Below, one piece after another: positions 1-9,825 of a DNA stretch of 64,000 nucleotides (its first letter is position 1; every line of letters begins with the position of its first letter). The stretch is from Candidatus Latescibacterota bacterium. Its GTDB lineage: Bacteria; Latescibacterota; UBA2968; GCA-2709665. The notes under the pieces are model-generated. The model made no database searches. It was not told the origin of the DNA and saw nothing but the letters and a program-made list of their open reading frames with translations. A program made the position numbers and the translations under genes. The stretch lies in NCBI GenBank assembly GCA_965222075.1, contig OZ244937.1, positions 3,072,001-3,136,000 on the forward strand, read 5' to 3'.

Positions 1-131
1 TCCGCTTCGTCCATCCCCATCAACGGCGCCACCGCCTCCTTCAGCGCCCCGATCCGCTGCGGTGATGCTGCCAGCGGATAGACCGGATGGCCAACCTTTG
101 CCGATCCGGACTCGGTTGCTCCATTTTGCAT
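1..131 (-). CDS. 5' part of a heparinase II/III-like protein, paralog of 133..2949 (runs off window edge)
   Basis: Manual translation from ATG at 131: MQNGATESGSAKVGHPVYPLAASPQRIGALKEAVAPLMGMDEA, which aligns with VVHPVYPVKASPERIELLKRSVAPVMGMSEE of the upstream gene. Confidence 0.8.
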   Translation of the reverse strand, partial: MQNGATESGSAKVGHPVYPLAASPQRIGALKEAVAPLMGMDEA

Positions 132-132
132 G

Positions 133-2949
133 CTAAAATTTCCCTTCTGAGGGCCTTTCCTCTCCCTGCGCCACCCCTGAAAATTCCGCCTCTCCCACAG
201 CTTCGATCTCTACCTTCCAATCGCCCAGCCTCACAAACGCCGACGTCCGGATCCGATACCTCACCCCTCCCGGAACCTCCCGCAGCGGAAAAAACAGGTG
301 CCGCATCCCATCCCCCTCCACCGAAATCCCCGGGTCGTCCTCCAGCAGCACATGCGTCTCGCCCCCAGACCTCCGCACCCCCGTAACCCGGTAGCCAAGC
401 GTGGAGCCATCTCCGAAAAACACCACCGCAGTCGCCCCTTTCAGCGCGTCACCCTCCGGCAGGTCCCCGGTAACGACCAGAGCGTTGACATCGGCCCCCG
501 CCTCCAGCCGCAGGCTCCCCTTCACATCCCCCTCATAGACCCCACCTCCCGACAGCACCCGATCTCGCCACCTCAGTTCGGCACCCCCCCACAGTCCCAT
601 CTCCTCCAAAACGCCCTCCCGCTCCCGCACGAACCCCACCTCTCCCTCTATGCGGAGATTGCCCACCCGGAGCGGCCCCCTGCCCGGTTCGGCCCGATGT
701 ACAATATGATCCGTCACTTCGTGGTGCCGCACCCTCAAAACGACCGCATCCTCCCCGTTTTCCGCCGCTTCCACCGAAACCTCCTTCAGAAACGGCTCAC
801 CCTCATAAGGCTCATGCACCGCCACAAAGCAACTCGACAGCGGCGCTGGCCCCTTCCGCCTCACCAGAAAGATCGGCATCCGATAACGGTCCAGCAGCGC
901 GTCATTCTCCCCCGACCGCCGGACCGACGGCGCGTCTCCCGAGAAAACCTCGGCCCCCGCCAGGCAGGGCAGGTGCGTCCGCACGCCCGCATCCGGCTCC
1001 GATACCTTAAAGCTCACCGCTACATCGTCGACCACCGCTCCCCGTGAGACATTCTGAAAGAATGCATAGCCCGGATTGCGGCCCCTGGCATCCCCCGAAT
1101 CCCGCTCATTCTCCGGATATCGAACCTGAACGTCGGGAAGCAGATGCTCCCCGTAAAAGTCGAGGGGAACGCTCACCGCCGCGCGTCCGTCCCGGTCCGC
1201 GCTCCCGTGCATCACCCAGTCGTGCTGAGCGCCTCCCACCACACGAAAGAGATCCACGACATAGACCTCTCCGGCGCCGGCCTCCACCAGCATCACCGTT
1301 CGCCGGTACACCTGCGCCAACCCGGGATACGCCCGCTCTCCGCTCGCCTCGACCCACTGCACCGGGCCGCATCCTGCCTCAAACGCCAGCACCCGTCCGT
1401 CCGATGGCATCCCCTCAAACGCCCGACCCCGGTCCCATCGGGGTCGCCCGGTCCGCGTATACTGCCGCTGCTCGTCAATCACCACCGTATTGTGGCACAG
1501 CGTGCTGTTGCTCCAGCTTCGGTAGCGCGTATGCGTATACCCCACATCCGACAGCAACTCCTGTCCCTTCGCAAACAACGCCAGGTTCAAATTGTCCGCG
1601 TGCTCATGCCCATACCCCCCCGAGAAATGCAGGTGAACCTGCGCCTGGTCCTCTCCCTCCCCGCTTCCCAGCCAGGCGTGTCCCACCCCTGTCAAAAGCG
1701 TCGACACCGACCGCTCCGGTACAAGCAGATCCTCCGTACCGTACCAGGCATCGTGCACCGGCACCAGCCGCCCGTCCGGATAGCGGCAGATTTCCAGAAT
1801 CCGTCTTGCCCGGGCAAGATTCGGAATCTCCCGTTCCAGATCCAGATCGTCAAAGCGCCTCCCATCCTCAGGGTCAACATAGCCCGGTGGATCCGAATAG
1901 CCCTCAAGCGCGTCGAACACCCGCCCCATGCCCCGCTCCAGCGTCGCCCGGTGATACCCCGGGCTCCCCTCACACCAGAACCCATCCACAAAAAATCGGA
2001 ACTCAAACAGCCTCCGGCTTCGGCGCACCGCCTCGTGGACCAGCCCCGGGTCGCCCAGCACCCTTCCGATCACCGCGTAGCCCAGGTAAATCCGCGGACT
2101 CATATTGTCGTACGTGGCGGGATAATTCTGCTCGTGCCGGATTACACCCCGGAAAAATTCGTTCTCGATCCGCGCCCTCACATCGGCCCCCGTCTCCCCG
2201 GCCAGACGTTCCAGTTCCCCGCTCGCGCAAATCGAATCGTACGCAAACACCAGGTCTGTCGGCATCTCATCCGGATGCCACCGGCCCCACTTCCCCCCGT
2301 GGATCGGATAGGGCGGCTCCAGCACAAATCCCTTGGGCTCAAACGCCCGTTCACGGCTCACCAGGAACCTCGGATAGTACCGGGCGAACGCGTCCAGGAT
2401 CAGCACCGCCCGCCGGGCATACTGCCTCTCCCCCGTCGCCTGATAGAGCTCGCCCAGATCCTGCGCCAGGCTCGCAAAATAGACCCGCGCCTGCCGCCAG
2501 CCCTTCGCGCTGAAAAAGGTTCGGTACCCGGCCTCGTCCTCCCAGTAGGGGTACTCCACCTCCTCTCCAACCGGATTGGTCACCCGCATCACCTGATTTT
2601 CGGGATAGGTCTCATTCGGAAACACCATCCCGCAGTACCGGCACCTCACGCGGTGCGGGTGCCGGACCGACCAAGTAAGCTGTCCCTCTTGCGCGCCTCC
2701 GTCGCAGCTGGGACATCCCGCAAACCGGAACCCTGTCCTGTCCGGCACCAGCCCCACCATCTCCTCCTCGGACATCCCCATCACCGGCGCCACGCTCCGC
2801 TTCAGCAGTTCAATCCGCTCCGGAGAGGCCTTCACCGGATAGACCGGATGCACGACCTCCGCCGCTGCGCAATACCGCGCTTCAGAACAAAATAACATGG
2901 CCACAACAACCATCAGCAAGAGGCCAACCGGAACGCCCATCGTCTCCAT
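133..2949 (-). CDS. Heparinase II/III-like polysaccharide lyase family protein, probably secreted
   Basis: 938 aa; hydrophobic N-terminus; DGFWCEGSPGYH, GHEHADNLNLALF, SDVGY and HNTVVID motifs; CPSC/CRYC pair. Confidence 0.8.
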   Translation of the reverse strand: METMGVPVGLLLMVVVAMLFCSEARYCAAAEVVHPVYPVKASPERIELLKRSVAPVMGMSEEEMVGLVPDRTGFRFAGCPSCDGGAQEGQLTWSVRHPHRVRCRYCGMVFPNETYPENQVMRVTNPVGEEVEYPYWEDEAGYRTFFSAKGWRQARVYFASLAQDLGELYQATGERQYARRAVLILDAFARYYPRFLVSRERAFEPKGFVLEPPYPIHGGKWGRWHPDEMPTDLVFAYDSICASGELERLAGETGADVRARIENEFFRGVIRHEQNYPATYDNMSPRIYLGYAVIGRVLGDPGLVHEAVRRSRRLFEFRFFVDGFWCEGSPGYHRATLERGMGRVFDALEGYSDPPGYVDPEDGRRFDDLDLEREIPNLARARRILEICRYPDGRLVPVHDAWYGTEDLLVPERSVSTLLTGVGHAWLGSGEGEDQAQVHLHFSGGYGHEHADNLNLALFAKGQELLSDVGYTHTRYRSWSNSTLCHNTVVIDEQRQYTRTGRPRWDRGRAFEGMPSDGRVLAFEAGCGPVQWVEASGERAYPGLAQVYRRTVMLVEAGAGEVYVVDLFRVVGGAQHDWVMHGSADRDGRAAVSVPLDFYGEHLLPDVQVRYPENERDSGDARGRNPGYAFFQNVSRGAVVDDVAVSFKVSEPDAGVRTHLPCLAGAEVFSGDAPSVRRSGENDALLDRYRMPIFLVRRKGPAPLSSCFVAVHEPYEGEPFLKEVSVEAAENGEDAVVLRVRHHEVTDHIVHRAEPGRGPLRVGNLRIEGEVGFVREREGVLEEMGLWGGAELRWRDRVLSGGGVYEGDVKGSLRLEAGADVNALVVTGDLPEGDALKGATAVVFFGDGSTLGYRVTGVRRSGGETHVLLEDDPGISVEGDGMRHLFFPLREVPGGVRYRIRTSAFVRLGDWKVEIEAVGEAEFSGVAQGEERPSEGKF

Positions 2950-2950
2950 T

Positions 2951-3811
2951 TTACGACGCGCTCACCAGTTTCTGCGCATTCTGATACGCAATCTTGTCGA
3001 ACGCCTCCTCCGGCAGGTCCAGCTCCTTCAGATAGTCCATCAATTCCGAACCAAAGTTGTCCCGCGCAAACAGCAGCTTGTCCTGAAACTCGATCAGGAA
3101 ATTTCTCCCGAACGCCCGGTCCCTCGAAATCCCCCCCAGCGCCGACCCGGCGGACAGATCCGCATACAGATTGTCGTATGTCCGCAGCATCTCCGGCGTC
3201 TTGCCTCCCGGCAGCACCGGCCCCCTGGGGTAGGCCTCCGCCTCGGCTCTGTCGTCCCCCGAAATATGCGCCCAGAACCCCTGAGCGTGCCCGATAAAAA
3301 TCGTCTCCGGACACGCCGCAACCGCCCGCTCCAACGCCTCGATACTTCCCCCGTACCACCAGTTGGGGCGGGGATAACCCTGAGTGCCACCGCCCGGATA
3401 CTGCAGGTGGATCGTAATCGGCAGCCCCATCTCTCCACAGGCCTGGTACAGCCGGATCGCATCCGGATCGTCGAACAGCATCCGGACCTTCAACTCTCCC
3501 GCCAGGCGAACCCCGTGGATCTCCACCGCCGCCTTCAGCCGGTCGATCGCATCCGGCCGCTTTGGGTGCGGCATGTACCCCAGCACGAACCGGTCCGGCG
3601 CATGGCGGCCCACGTCTAACACATCTTCAAACGGAATCGCCACCTTCCCCAGCGGCGGCAGGTGATTGTTTGTGCCGGGGCCGTAATCCTCCTGCGGGCA
3701 CTCCCACGTCAGCAGCCACAGCTTATCGATCCCCTGCTCGTCCATATTCTTCAAGATCTTCACCGCATCGTGTCCCCACCAGTTGGGATGGTTGTGTGCA
3801 TCAATCAGCAT
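2951..3811 (-). CDS. Amidohydrolase_2 family metallohydrolase
   Basis: IDAHNH, GELK, ITIH, FIGH, YADLS and LLFARD motifs. Confidence 0.85.
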   Translation of the reverse strand: MLIDAHNHPNWWGHDAVKILKNMDEQGIDKLWLLTWECPQEDYGPGTNNHLPPLGKVAIPFEDVLDVGRHAPDRFVLGYMPHPKRPDAIDRLKAAVEIHGVRLAGELKVRMLFDDPDAIRLYQACGEMGLPITIHLQYPGGGTQGYPRPNWWYGGSIEALERAVAACPETIFIGHAQGFWAHISGDDRAEAEAYPRGPVLPGGKTPEMLRTYDNLYADLSAGSALGGISRDRAFGRNFLIEFQDKLLFARDNFGSELMDYLKELDLPEEAFDKIAYQNAQKLVSAS

Positions 3812-3850
3812 CGCTTTCCTCCTCCTGAAAAATCACGACCTCTCGTTCGT

Positions 3851-6133
3851 TCAGCCGTCCGTCCGCTTCACCCACACCGGGCTTGACCACGCGTGCGGAC
3901 CTCTCGCCACCGCCACCGTGGACGGATAGTGGGTCCAGGGCGTCGACTGCTCGACCGACAGATAATAGAAATGCTCCCCCGTCCTGCAATCCCGGTCCAC
4001 ATACGAACCTGTCGCCTGAAAATCGCCCGCCCTCCATTTGCAAATACAGACCCCGTCCCGAATAAGCCCCACCGTCGCCGGCGGCGCCGTCACCTGTACC
4101 TCCCACCGGACTTCCGGGGGCTCCGAAACGGTCGCCTCCCCTCCCATAAACGCCCCATTCACCCGGAACTTCACCACAATCCGCGATCCATCCGTCGCAA
4201 AACAGCGGTGTTTTCTCAATGCGTCTAAGATCGCGTCTCGCGTCAGCGCCTCTGCATAAACGCCCGTGAGCCCTCCGCCCATCCCCGGGTTGCGCCGGTG
4301 GTTATCGCTGCTTCCAAAAAACCCGAACCGCCGTCCCCCACTGAGCAGCTCGTGAACCTTGTACTGGTACCTGGGATCCAGCATATGCACGCACCACCCC
4401 GAGCAGACCTCCACATTCGCCTCCGCCGGAGACGCTGTCAGCTCCCAGTTCTCGTGGTGGGGGTGCAGAATCGCGCCCTCTTTTTCAGCGTGCGCCGTAA
4501 TCGCCGCCATCGGTTCCCCCGCCACCTCCGAATATCGAATCAGCGGAAGATCTTCACTCCGTCCGATCACCGTCCGGTGGTAGCGCGTCCTGTGGTTCGG
4601 CTTCTTGCAGGTCCACTCGAAAGCCGGCAGCATCACAAACGTCCCGTCCCGGTGAAAATGCCGCACATAGGTGCAATACGTTTCGTACTCCGACGATGTC
4701 AGACTCAGCAGATGCTTGTCGTTGTCCTGGAGCACCACGCAATCCAGCCCCGCCTTGTCCCGGGCGTACGCAATCAGCTCGTCCACCTCCCCCTCCGCAT
4801 CGGCCGAAAGTCCCGTATGCGAGTGAAGGTCCGCCCAGTAAAGCTGGCATAATGAACCGCTCGCCTCAACCTCCGGACGCGAATCGGGCCGCGGCTCCCG
4901 CAGCACAACCGGCCGCCAGCCCTCCCAGGGCCCTTCCTTCTCCAGCGGAGACGCCCCCTCCAGTTCATATACCATCAGGCCCACATCTTCTGTCGACGTC
5001 TCAGCGTCAACGCGGCAGGCAACCCACAATCGACCCTCCTCAATCCCCGCAGGCGCGTACCACCGGGGGCCCTTCCCTATCGCCAGCGTCGGCCCCACCG
5101 TCTCACCGTCTAACTTCCGGCCGCACAGAATCCCCGGCGTCCACTGCGTGGAACCTTCCGGGACCTCCTTGCGCTCCCACAACATCCAGACCCCGCCGGA
5201 GGGGTCCGGCACAACCTGTGGCTTTCGCCGCCGCCCCAGGAACCCCCACACCCCGGCGCCGTGCTTGTCCAACAACCCCCACGCCAGCCCTCCCAGGTCC
5301 GCACACCCCTCCCCATCCGCTACCGCCGCCCACCCGGACGCGCCCAGACGCGCGGCCCTCGCCGTCGGCCACTGGTCCACCACCCCCTCTGTATTCTCCA
5401 CATCCTGCGAACACAGCCACACCACCCACGGCGCGCCGTCCGCATCCGTACAGACACACGGCGCAAACTGCCAGGCATCGGGCGTCACCATCCCTTCCGT
5501 CGCGGGCGGCATGCTCACCCGCTGCGGCGTCGAAACCGACCCATCCTCCCCCACAAACGCCGCCCATACCGAAAACGTCAACCCGTCGTATTCGTCCCAG
5601 CACACCCAGCACCCACCCTCTGCGGGAGCAACCGCAGGCCGCTGCATCCACCCGTCCTGCGCCCTCACCCGCACCGCCCCTCCCCGGTTCCCCCCGTCGA
5701 AGGCCGCCGCCCAAATCGAAAACATTCCGGGCCTCTCTGTCCGGCACCAGGCCGCCCACAGGCGTCCTCCCCCTGCAGCGGCGTGCAGCCCCACCGCCCC
5801 TTCCCCCTCTCCGACCGATCCGGGCGCGCCCCACCCGGATTCCGACCGGGAGGAATACACCACCCGGTGCCCTTCGCCCCCCTCGATCCACACCGCGGCC
5901 GGCGCCTCCTCAACAAGCCCCACAAAGGGCGAATGCCGCAGTCCCTCCTCAGGCGTGACCGCCTCCTGCGTTCCCATCTCCTCCCGGTCGCAGAACCGCG
6001 CAAAAATCCGTTCTTCGCCCCGTCGGTACCCCTGCCACACCGTCCACAGCCCGTCCGCCCCCAGCACCGCACAGGGTGTGAAACACTCCAGACCGCCGGT
6101 CCGCTCCGACAGCACCCGCTTCACCTGACCCAC
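3851..6133 (-). CDS. PHP-fold metallohydrolase (DUF3604/CehA-McbA-like) with N-terminal beta-propeller-like region
   Basis: WADLHSHT, DND, FEWT, HPHH, GFFGSSDNH and AWSSPVW motifs. Confidence 0.75.
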   Translation of the reverse strand: MGQVKRVLSERTGGLECFTPCAVLGADGLWTVWQGYRRGEERIFARFCDREEMGTQEAVTPEEGLRHSPFVGLVEEAPAAVWIEGGEGHRVVYSSRSESGWGAPGSVGEGEGAVGLHAAAGGGRLWAAWCRTERPGMFSIWAAAFDGGNRGGAVRVRAQDGWMQRPAVAPAEGGCWVCWDEYDGLTFSVWAAFVGEDGSVSTPQRVSMPPATEGMVTPDAWQFAPCVCTDADGAPWVVWLCSQDVENTEGVVDQWPTARAARLGASGWAAVADGEGCADLGGLAWGLLDKHGAGVWGFLGRRRKPQVVPDPSGGVWMLWERKEVPEGSTQWTPGILCGRKLDGETVGPTLAIGKGPRWYAPAGIEEGRLWVACRVDAETSTEDVGLMVYELEGASPLEKEGPWEGWRPVVLREPRPDSRPEVEASGSLCQLYWADLHSHTGLSADAEGEVDELIAYARDKAGLDCVVLQDNDKHLLSLTSSEYETYCTYVRHFHRDGTFVMLPAFEWTCKKPNHRTRYHRTVIGRSEDLPLIRYSEVAGEPMAAITAHAEKEGAILHPHHENWELTASPAEANVEVCSGWCVHMLDPRYQYKVHELLSGGRRFGFFGSSDNHRRNPGMGGGLTGVYAEALTRDAILDALRKHRCFATDGSRIVVKFRVNGAFMGGEATVSEPPEVRWEVQVTAPPATVGLIRDGVCICKWRAGDFQATGSYVDRDCRTGEHFYYLSVEQSTPWTHYPSTVAVARGPHAWSSPVWVKRTDG

Positions 6134-6161
6134 TGTTGCCTTCCTTCTATTCGGTAATCGT

Positions 6162-7049
6162 CTACAGGCCCTGCGACCTGACCCACTCCAGATACCGCTT
6201 CGAGCAGAAATCCAGATTCTCTAAGCTACCGCCCCCGCGCAGTGGGGAGCACATCTCGAAGGTCGACACGCCGTCGAACCCGCCCTCCTTCAACCCTTTG
6301 AAGAACCCCGCGTAATCGATAAACCCATCGCCGAAGGCTACGGCGCGAACCATCGCCGGTTCTGCAGGCTGGTAGTTGATCAAATCCGGCTGATAATGGA
6401 ATCGAGGCAACCGTACGTAGTCGGCGCTCGTGGTAATCGCCGCGTGCGGGGCCATCTGCCTGGCCGTCTTGTACAGATCCTCCCCCCGCAGGGCCGGAGA
6501 CCACGCGTCGAACCCCAACTTGCAGTTGGGTCGGTTGATATCGTTCAACAGTTCCAGCAGCGAATCGCTGTGCACGCCGATATCGTGGTGGTTCTGAATC
6601 GCAATCGTCACCCCGTATTCGGCTGCCCGGTCGCAGCACTCCCGCAGGCTGCCCACCACCCGGTTCCACACCACCCCTACGGGATGGCCCTCCGCTTCGT
6701 AGGCCGTAAACACCCGCACAAACCCCGCGCCCAGTTCAGCCCCGATTTTGGCCAGCGCTTCTACGTATGCAATCTGCATCTCCAGCACCGGCACCTCCGC
6801 GGCCATCGCGCCCGAAAAATCCGTGTACCCGGCAATCACCTCGCACGCGATCCCCTCTTTTTCAAGGTGGGCTTTGATCTCCCCGATTCGCTCCGGCGTC
6901 GAATCCAGCGGCGACAGATGCGGCCGCTTGCCTGCAATCATCACCCCGTCGTACCCTAAGGCCGCCGCCTTGCTGATAAACTCCGTCAACGCCAGACAGT
7001 GCTGGCCCCACAGCCCGGCGTAGCTGATGGAAAACAGACAGTGTTTCAT
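6162..7049 (-). CDS. Sugar phosphate isomerase/epimerase (xylose isomerase-like TIM barrel)
   Basis: AAALGYDGV, IQNHHD, GDGFIDY and FDGVSTFE motifs; GGAGG RBS before ATG 7049. Confidence 0.8.
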   Translation of the reverse strand: MKHCLFSISYAGLWGQHCLALTEFISKAAALGYDGVMIAGKRPHLSPLDSTPERIGEIKAHLEKEGIACEVIAGYTDFSGAMAAEVPVLEMQIAYVEALAKIGAELGAGFVRVFTAYEAEGHPVGVVWNRVVGSLRECCDRAAEYGVTIAIQNHHDIGVHSDSLLELLNDINRPNCKLGFDAWSPALRGEDLYKTARQMAPHAAITTSADYVRLPRFHYQPDLINYQPAEPAMVRAVAFGDGFIDYAGFFKGLKEGGFDGVSTFEMCSPLRGGGSLENLDFCSKRYLEWVRSQGL

Positions 7050-7090
7050 AGCCAAACCTCCTCACGCAAGGAATGCGGATTGAGTGCCTT

Positions 7091-8395
7091 TTATTCCGCT
7101 TCTCTAAGCCGCCGGATGACCGATCCGGCAAGCTGCTCTCCCGCTCCGGCGGCCGTGTAGCGCCAGCCCCCCTGCGACTCGAATCCCCCGTCGCGCATCG
7201 ACTTCCACGTTGGGATATACCAGAGCGTACAGTCGTAATATCCTCCCACCAGCGTAAAAGGCGTGGGGGAACCGGCCCGGATCGCCAGGCCGAACTCCAC
7301 AAAGCTCTCCGCGGGCAAACAGGCCAGACACCAGTCGCCCCCGCTCAACAAAAACAGTTCACAGCGCCGGGCCGCGTCCGGATGCTCAATCACCTGCAGC
7401 ATCGCGCAGGGCATCCACGCCCGTCTCGGGCCCAACTCCAGCAGCTCCGCCAGCTGACAGCGCGTCTCTTCAACAGACGGGAGCTCAGGGTCCAGCTCGA
7501 CGACCTCTTTCCAGCCCTTCAACCGAAGGGGTCCCGGACCGCAGAAAACCGAATGCGCCATGGCCTCCAGCACCCCGCTGGCCAGCCGTTCCCCCAGAAC
7601 CTTCGACCCTTCAAGCGTCCCGTCCGCGTACTTGCCGGTCCCCACGTTGCCGGCGGCGCCCTGGAGGAAGAATCCGGGGGCCCCGGTCTCCCGCTCGATC
7701 ACCTCCAGCGCAAAATGCGGAAAATCCGGATGAATCACCTCACTCCGCTGGCGCAGCGCGGTCACGTGGCAGGCATAATTGAAAATACTGACAATCGGAC
7801 GCCCGTCCTCCCCGCGCAAACACAGCACCACCACATCCGGATCGACCAATCCTTCAGGTGCGGCCTGAAGCTCCGGAGGCGCCACCCCGTAGCGCGTCGC
7901 AATGCTCCCGTCCGGCTGCCGCACACTCCGGATCGCTCCCACCTGCTCCACCGGCGCCATCCCCGCCTCTACCCTCGCCGGGCGCCGCTCCGCCTTCGCC
8001 CGGCGCGCCGCATCCACAAAAGCCGCCTCCATCCGGTCCAGCCAACCGTAACTCAGAAAGTGATGCCCGAACGCATCCAAAATCTCCTGCGTCGCCAGGT
8101 CTGCCGCCGGCGCCGCGTGGTTGTGCGAGGCATTCAGCAGCACCCGCGACCGGGCAACCCCCACCGCGCGGGCAATCGCATCCCGCATCCGCCGGTCCGC
8201 CTTCCGGGTGAACCCGATGTGATCCGCCATCGCCAGCACCACCGGCCCTTCCCCCTCCGCCTCCTCCAGGTAGACCACGCGTCCCGTAAGCGGCGCGGCC
8301 ACCTCCCGCACCCGGCTCTCCAGAAACGGCCCATAAGCCTCGCCGACCTCCAGGCTGATGTCCGCACTGGCATATCCAGCCAGCAGAACCTGCAT
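7091..8395 (-). CDS. Neutral/alkaline ceramidase-like amidohydrolase
   Basis: NASHNHAAP, NYACHVT, FLQGAAGNV and PAESFVEFG motifs. Confidence 0.7.
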   Translation of the reverse strand: MQVLLAGYASADISLEVGEAYGPFLESRVREVAAPLTGRVVYLEEAEGEGPVVLAMADHIGFTRKADRRMRDAIARAVGVARSRVLLNASHNHAAPAADLATQEILDAFGHHFLSYGWLDRMEAAFVDAARRAKAERRPARVEAGMAPVEQVGAIRSVRQPDGSIATRYGVAPPELQAAPEGLVDPDVVVLCLRGEDGRPIVSIFNYACHVTALRQRSEVIHPDFPHFALEVIERETGAPGFFLQGAAGNVGTGKYADGTLEGSKVLGERLASGVLEAMAHSVFCGPGPLRLKGWKEVVELDPELPSVEETRCQLAELLELGPRRAWMPCAMLQVIEHPDAARRCELFLLSGGDWCLACLPAESFVEFGLAIRAGSPTPFTLVGGYYDCTLWYIPTWKSMRDGGFESQGGWRYTAAGAGEQLAGSVIRRLREAE

Positions 8396-8468
8396 GGACC
8401 TGACCCCTTAACCCCCTTCCCCACACGGGAAGGAGGAACAAAATCGCCTTTCGACCAACCTCCAGGTC

Positions 8469-9728
8469 CTACCGTCCCACGCGTCCAGGCAGCGCCCGCA
8501 GCACCTTGTGCAGCCCCCGCGCCACATCCTCTCCATCCTCTTCGCTCCAATCCAGGCTGAGCTGGTACTCGCCCACGCGCGTCAGCACCTCCTCCGTCTC
8601 CGGACACAGCCCGGGACCGTAATTCGCCTCCCCGTCGTACAGCTTCGGGTCCCACGGCGACGGTCCGTTGTGCCACACGCGCTTCTGGAGAACCACATCG
8701 TTCATATACACCGGCTTCCCCCCGTACGCGTGCTTGATCGACACGCCCTCCGCCTTCAGCGCCTCCTTCACCCACCCAAACGCCTCACCCGTCTTGAACA
8801 CCAGAATCACCGTCACCCCCACATCCCGCTCCTCATCCTCCAGACAGCGCACGTACACATCCGGATATTCCGCCGCCGCCTGCTTGATATGCCCTCCCAC
8901 CTTCCGCACGTGCGCCTTCAGCCGGTCCAGCTTCTTCATCTGCTCCAGCATAACCGCCGCCGAGAGTTCGGTCATCCGATAATTCTCCCCCACGAACGCG
9001 GGCAGGACCACAGCGTCGTTCCCCCGCACCGTCCCCTGGTCGTGACAGGCCACCGCCCGCGCGTGGAGGTCAGCGTCGTTCGTCGTCACCATCCCCCCCT
9101 CTCCCGCCGACAACACCTTGTTCATCTGGAAACTGAACGCGTTGATCGTTCCCATTGACCCGATATACCGCCCCTTGTAACGCGCCCCCAGCGACTGCGC
9201 GCAGTCCTCGATGACCGGAATCCCGCGCCGTTCGCCCAGCGCCAGGATCGGGTCCATCTCCGCGGCCATCCCCCGCCAGTGCACCACCGAAATCGCCTTC
9301 GTGCGCGGCGTAATCACCCGCTCGATCGCTTCCGGATAGATGTGCACATCCTCGTCCACCTCGCAGAAAATCGGCACCGCCTGACAGGACGCCACCGCCC
9401 CTGCGCATCCCACGAACGTCGCAGCCGGAACAATCACCTCGTCCCCCGGTCCGATGCCCAGAGCGCGCATCGCCACAATCAGCGCGGCCGTCCCGGAAGT
9501 CACAGCCAGCGCGTATTTCACGCCCATGGCCTCTGCAAACACCTTCTCCAGTTCGGCCGTCTTATACGCCGGGTCCGGCCCGTAATACCGGAACGGCGAC
9601 CGGTGGTCCAGCACCTCCATCACCGCCCGCTTCTCCTCCTCCCCGATCATCGACGCGCCCGGATAGGGCCTGGGCAGGGGATTCGTACGAACCGGTTTTC
9701 CTCCATCGATTGCAAGTGCATCCGACAT
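8469..9728 (-). CDS. DegT/DnrJ/EryC1/StrS family PLP aminotransferase
   Basis: LAIDGGKP start, SGTAAL, IGPGDEVIVP, EDCAQ, SFQMNK..GEGG, NYRM. Confidence 0.9.
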   Translation of the reverse strand: MSDALAIDGGKPVRTNPLPRPYPGASMIGEEEKRAVMEVLDHRSPFRYYGPDPAYKTAELEKVFAEAMGVKYALAVTSGTAALIVAMRALGIGPGDEVIVPAATFVGCAGAVASCQAVPIFCEVDEDVHIYPEAIERVITPRTKAISVVHWRGMAAEMDPILALGERRGIPVIEDCAQSLGARYKGRYIGSMGTINAFSFQMNKVLSAGEGGMVTTNDADLHARAVACHDQGTVRGNDAVVLPAFVGENYRMTELSAAVMLEQMKKLDRLKAHVRKVGGHIKQAAAEYPDVYVRCLEDEERDVGVTVILVFKTGEAFGWVKEALKAEGVSIKHAYGGKPVYMNDVVLQKRVWHNGPSPWDPKLYDGEANYGPGLCPETEEVLTRVGEYQLSLDWSEEDGEDVARGLHKVLRALPGRVGR

Positions 9729-9825
9729 GGAACCACTCCTTTGCGTTTTGGGAACTTTTCTCCCTCTTCCATGATAACCGCATCGCCCTTTGATTCCAAC
9801 TATTTTTAGATCCGCCGGCCGGCCA

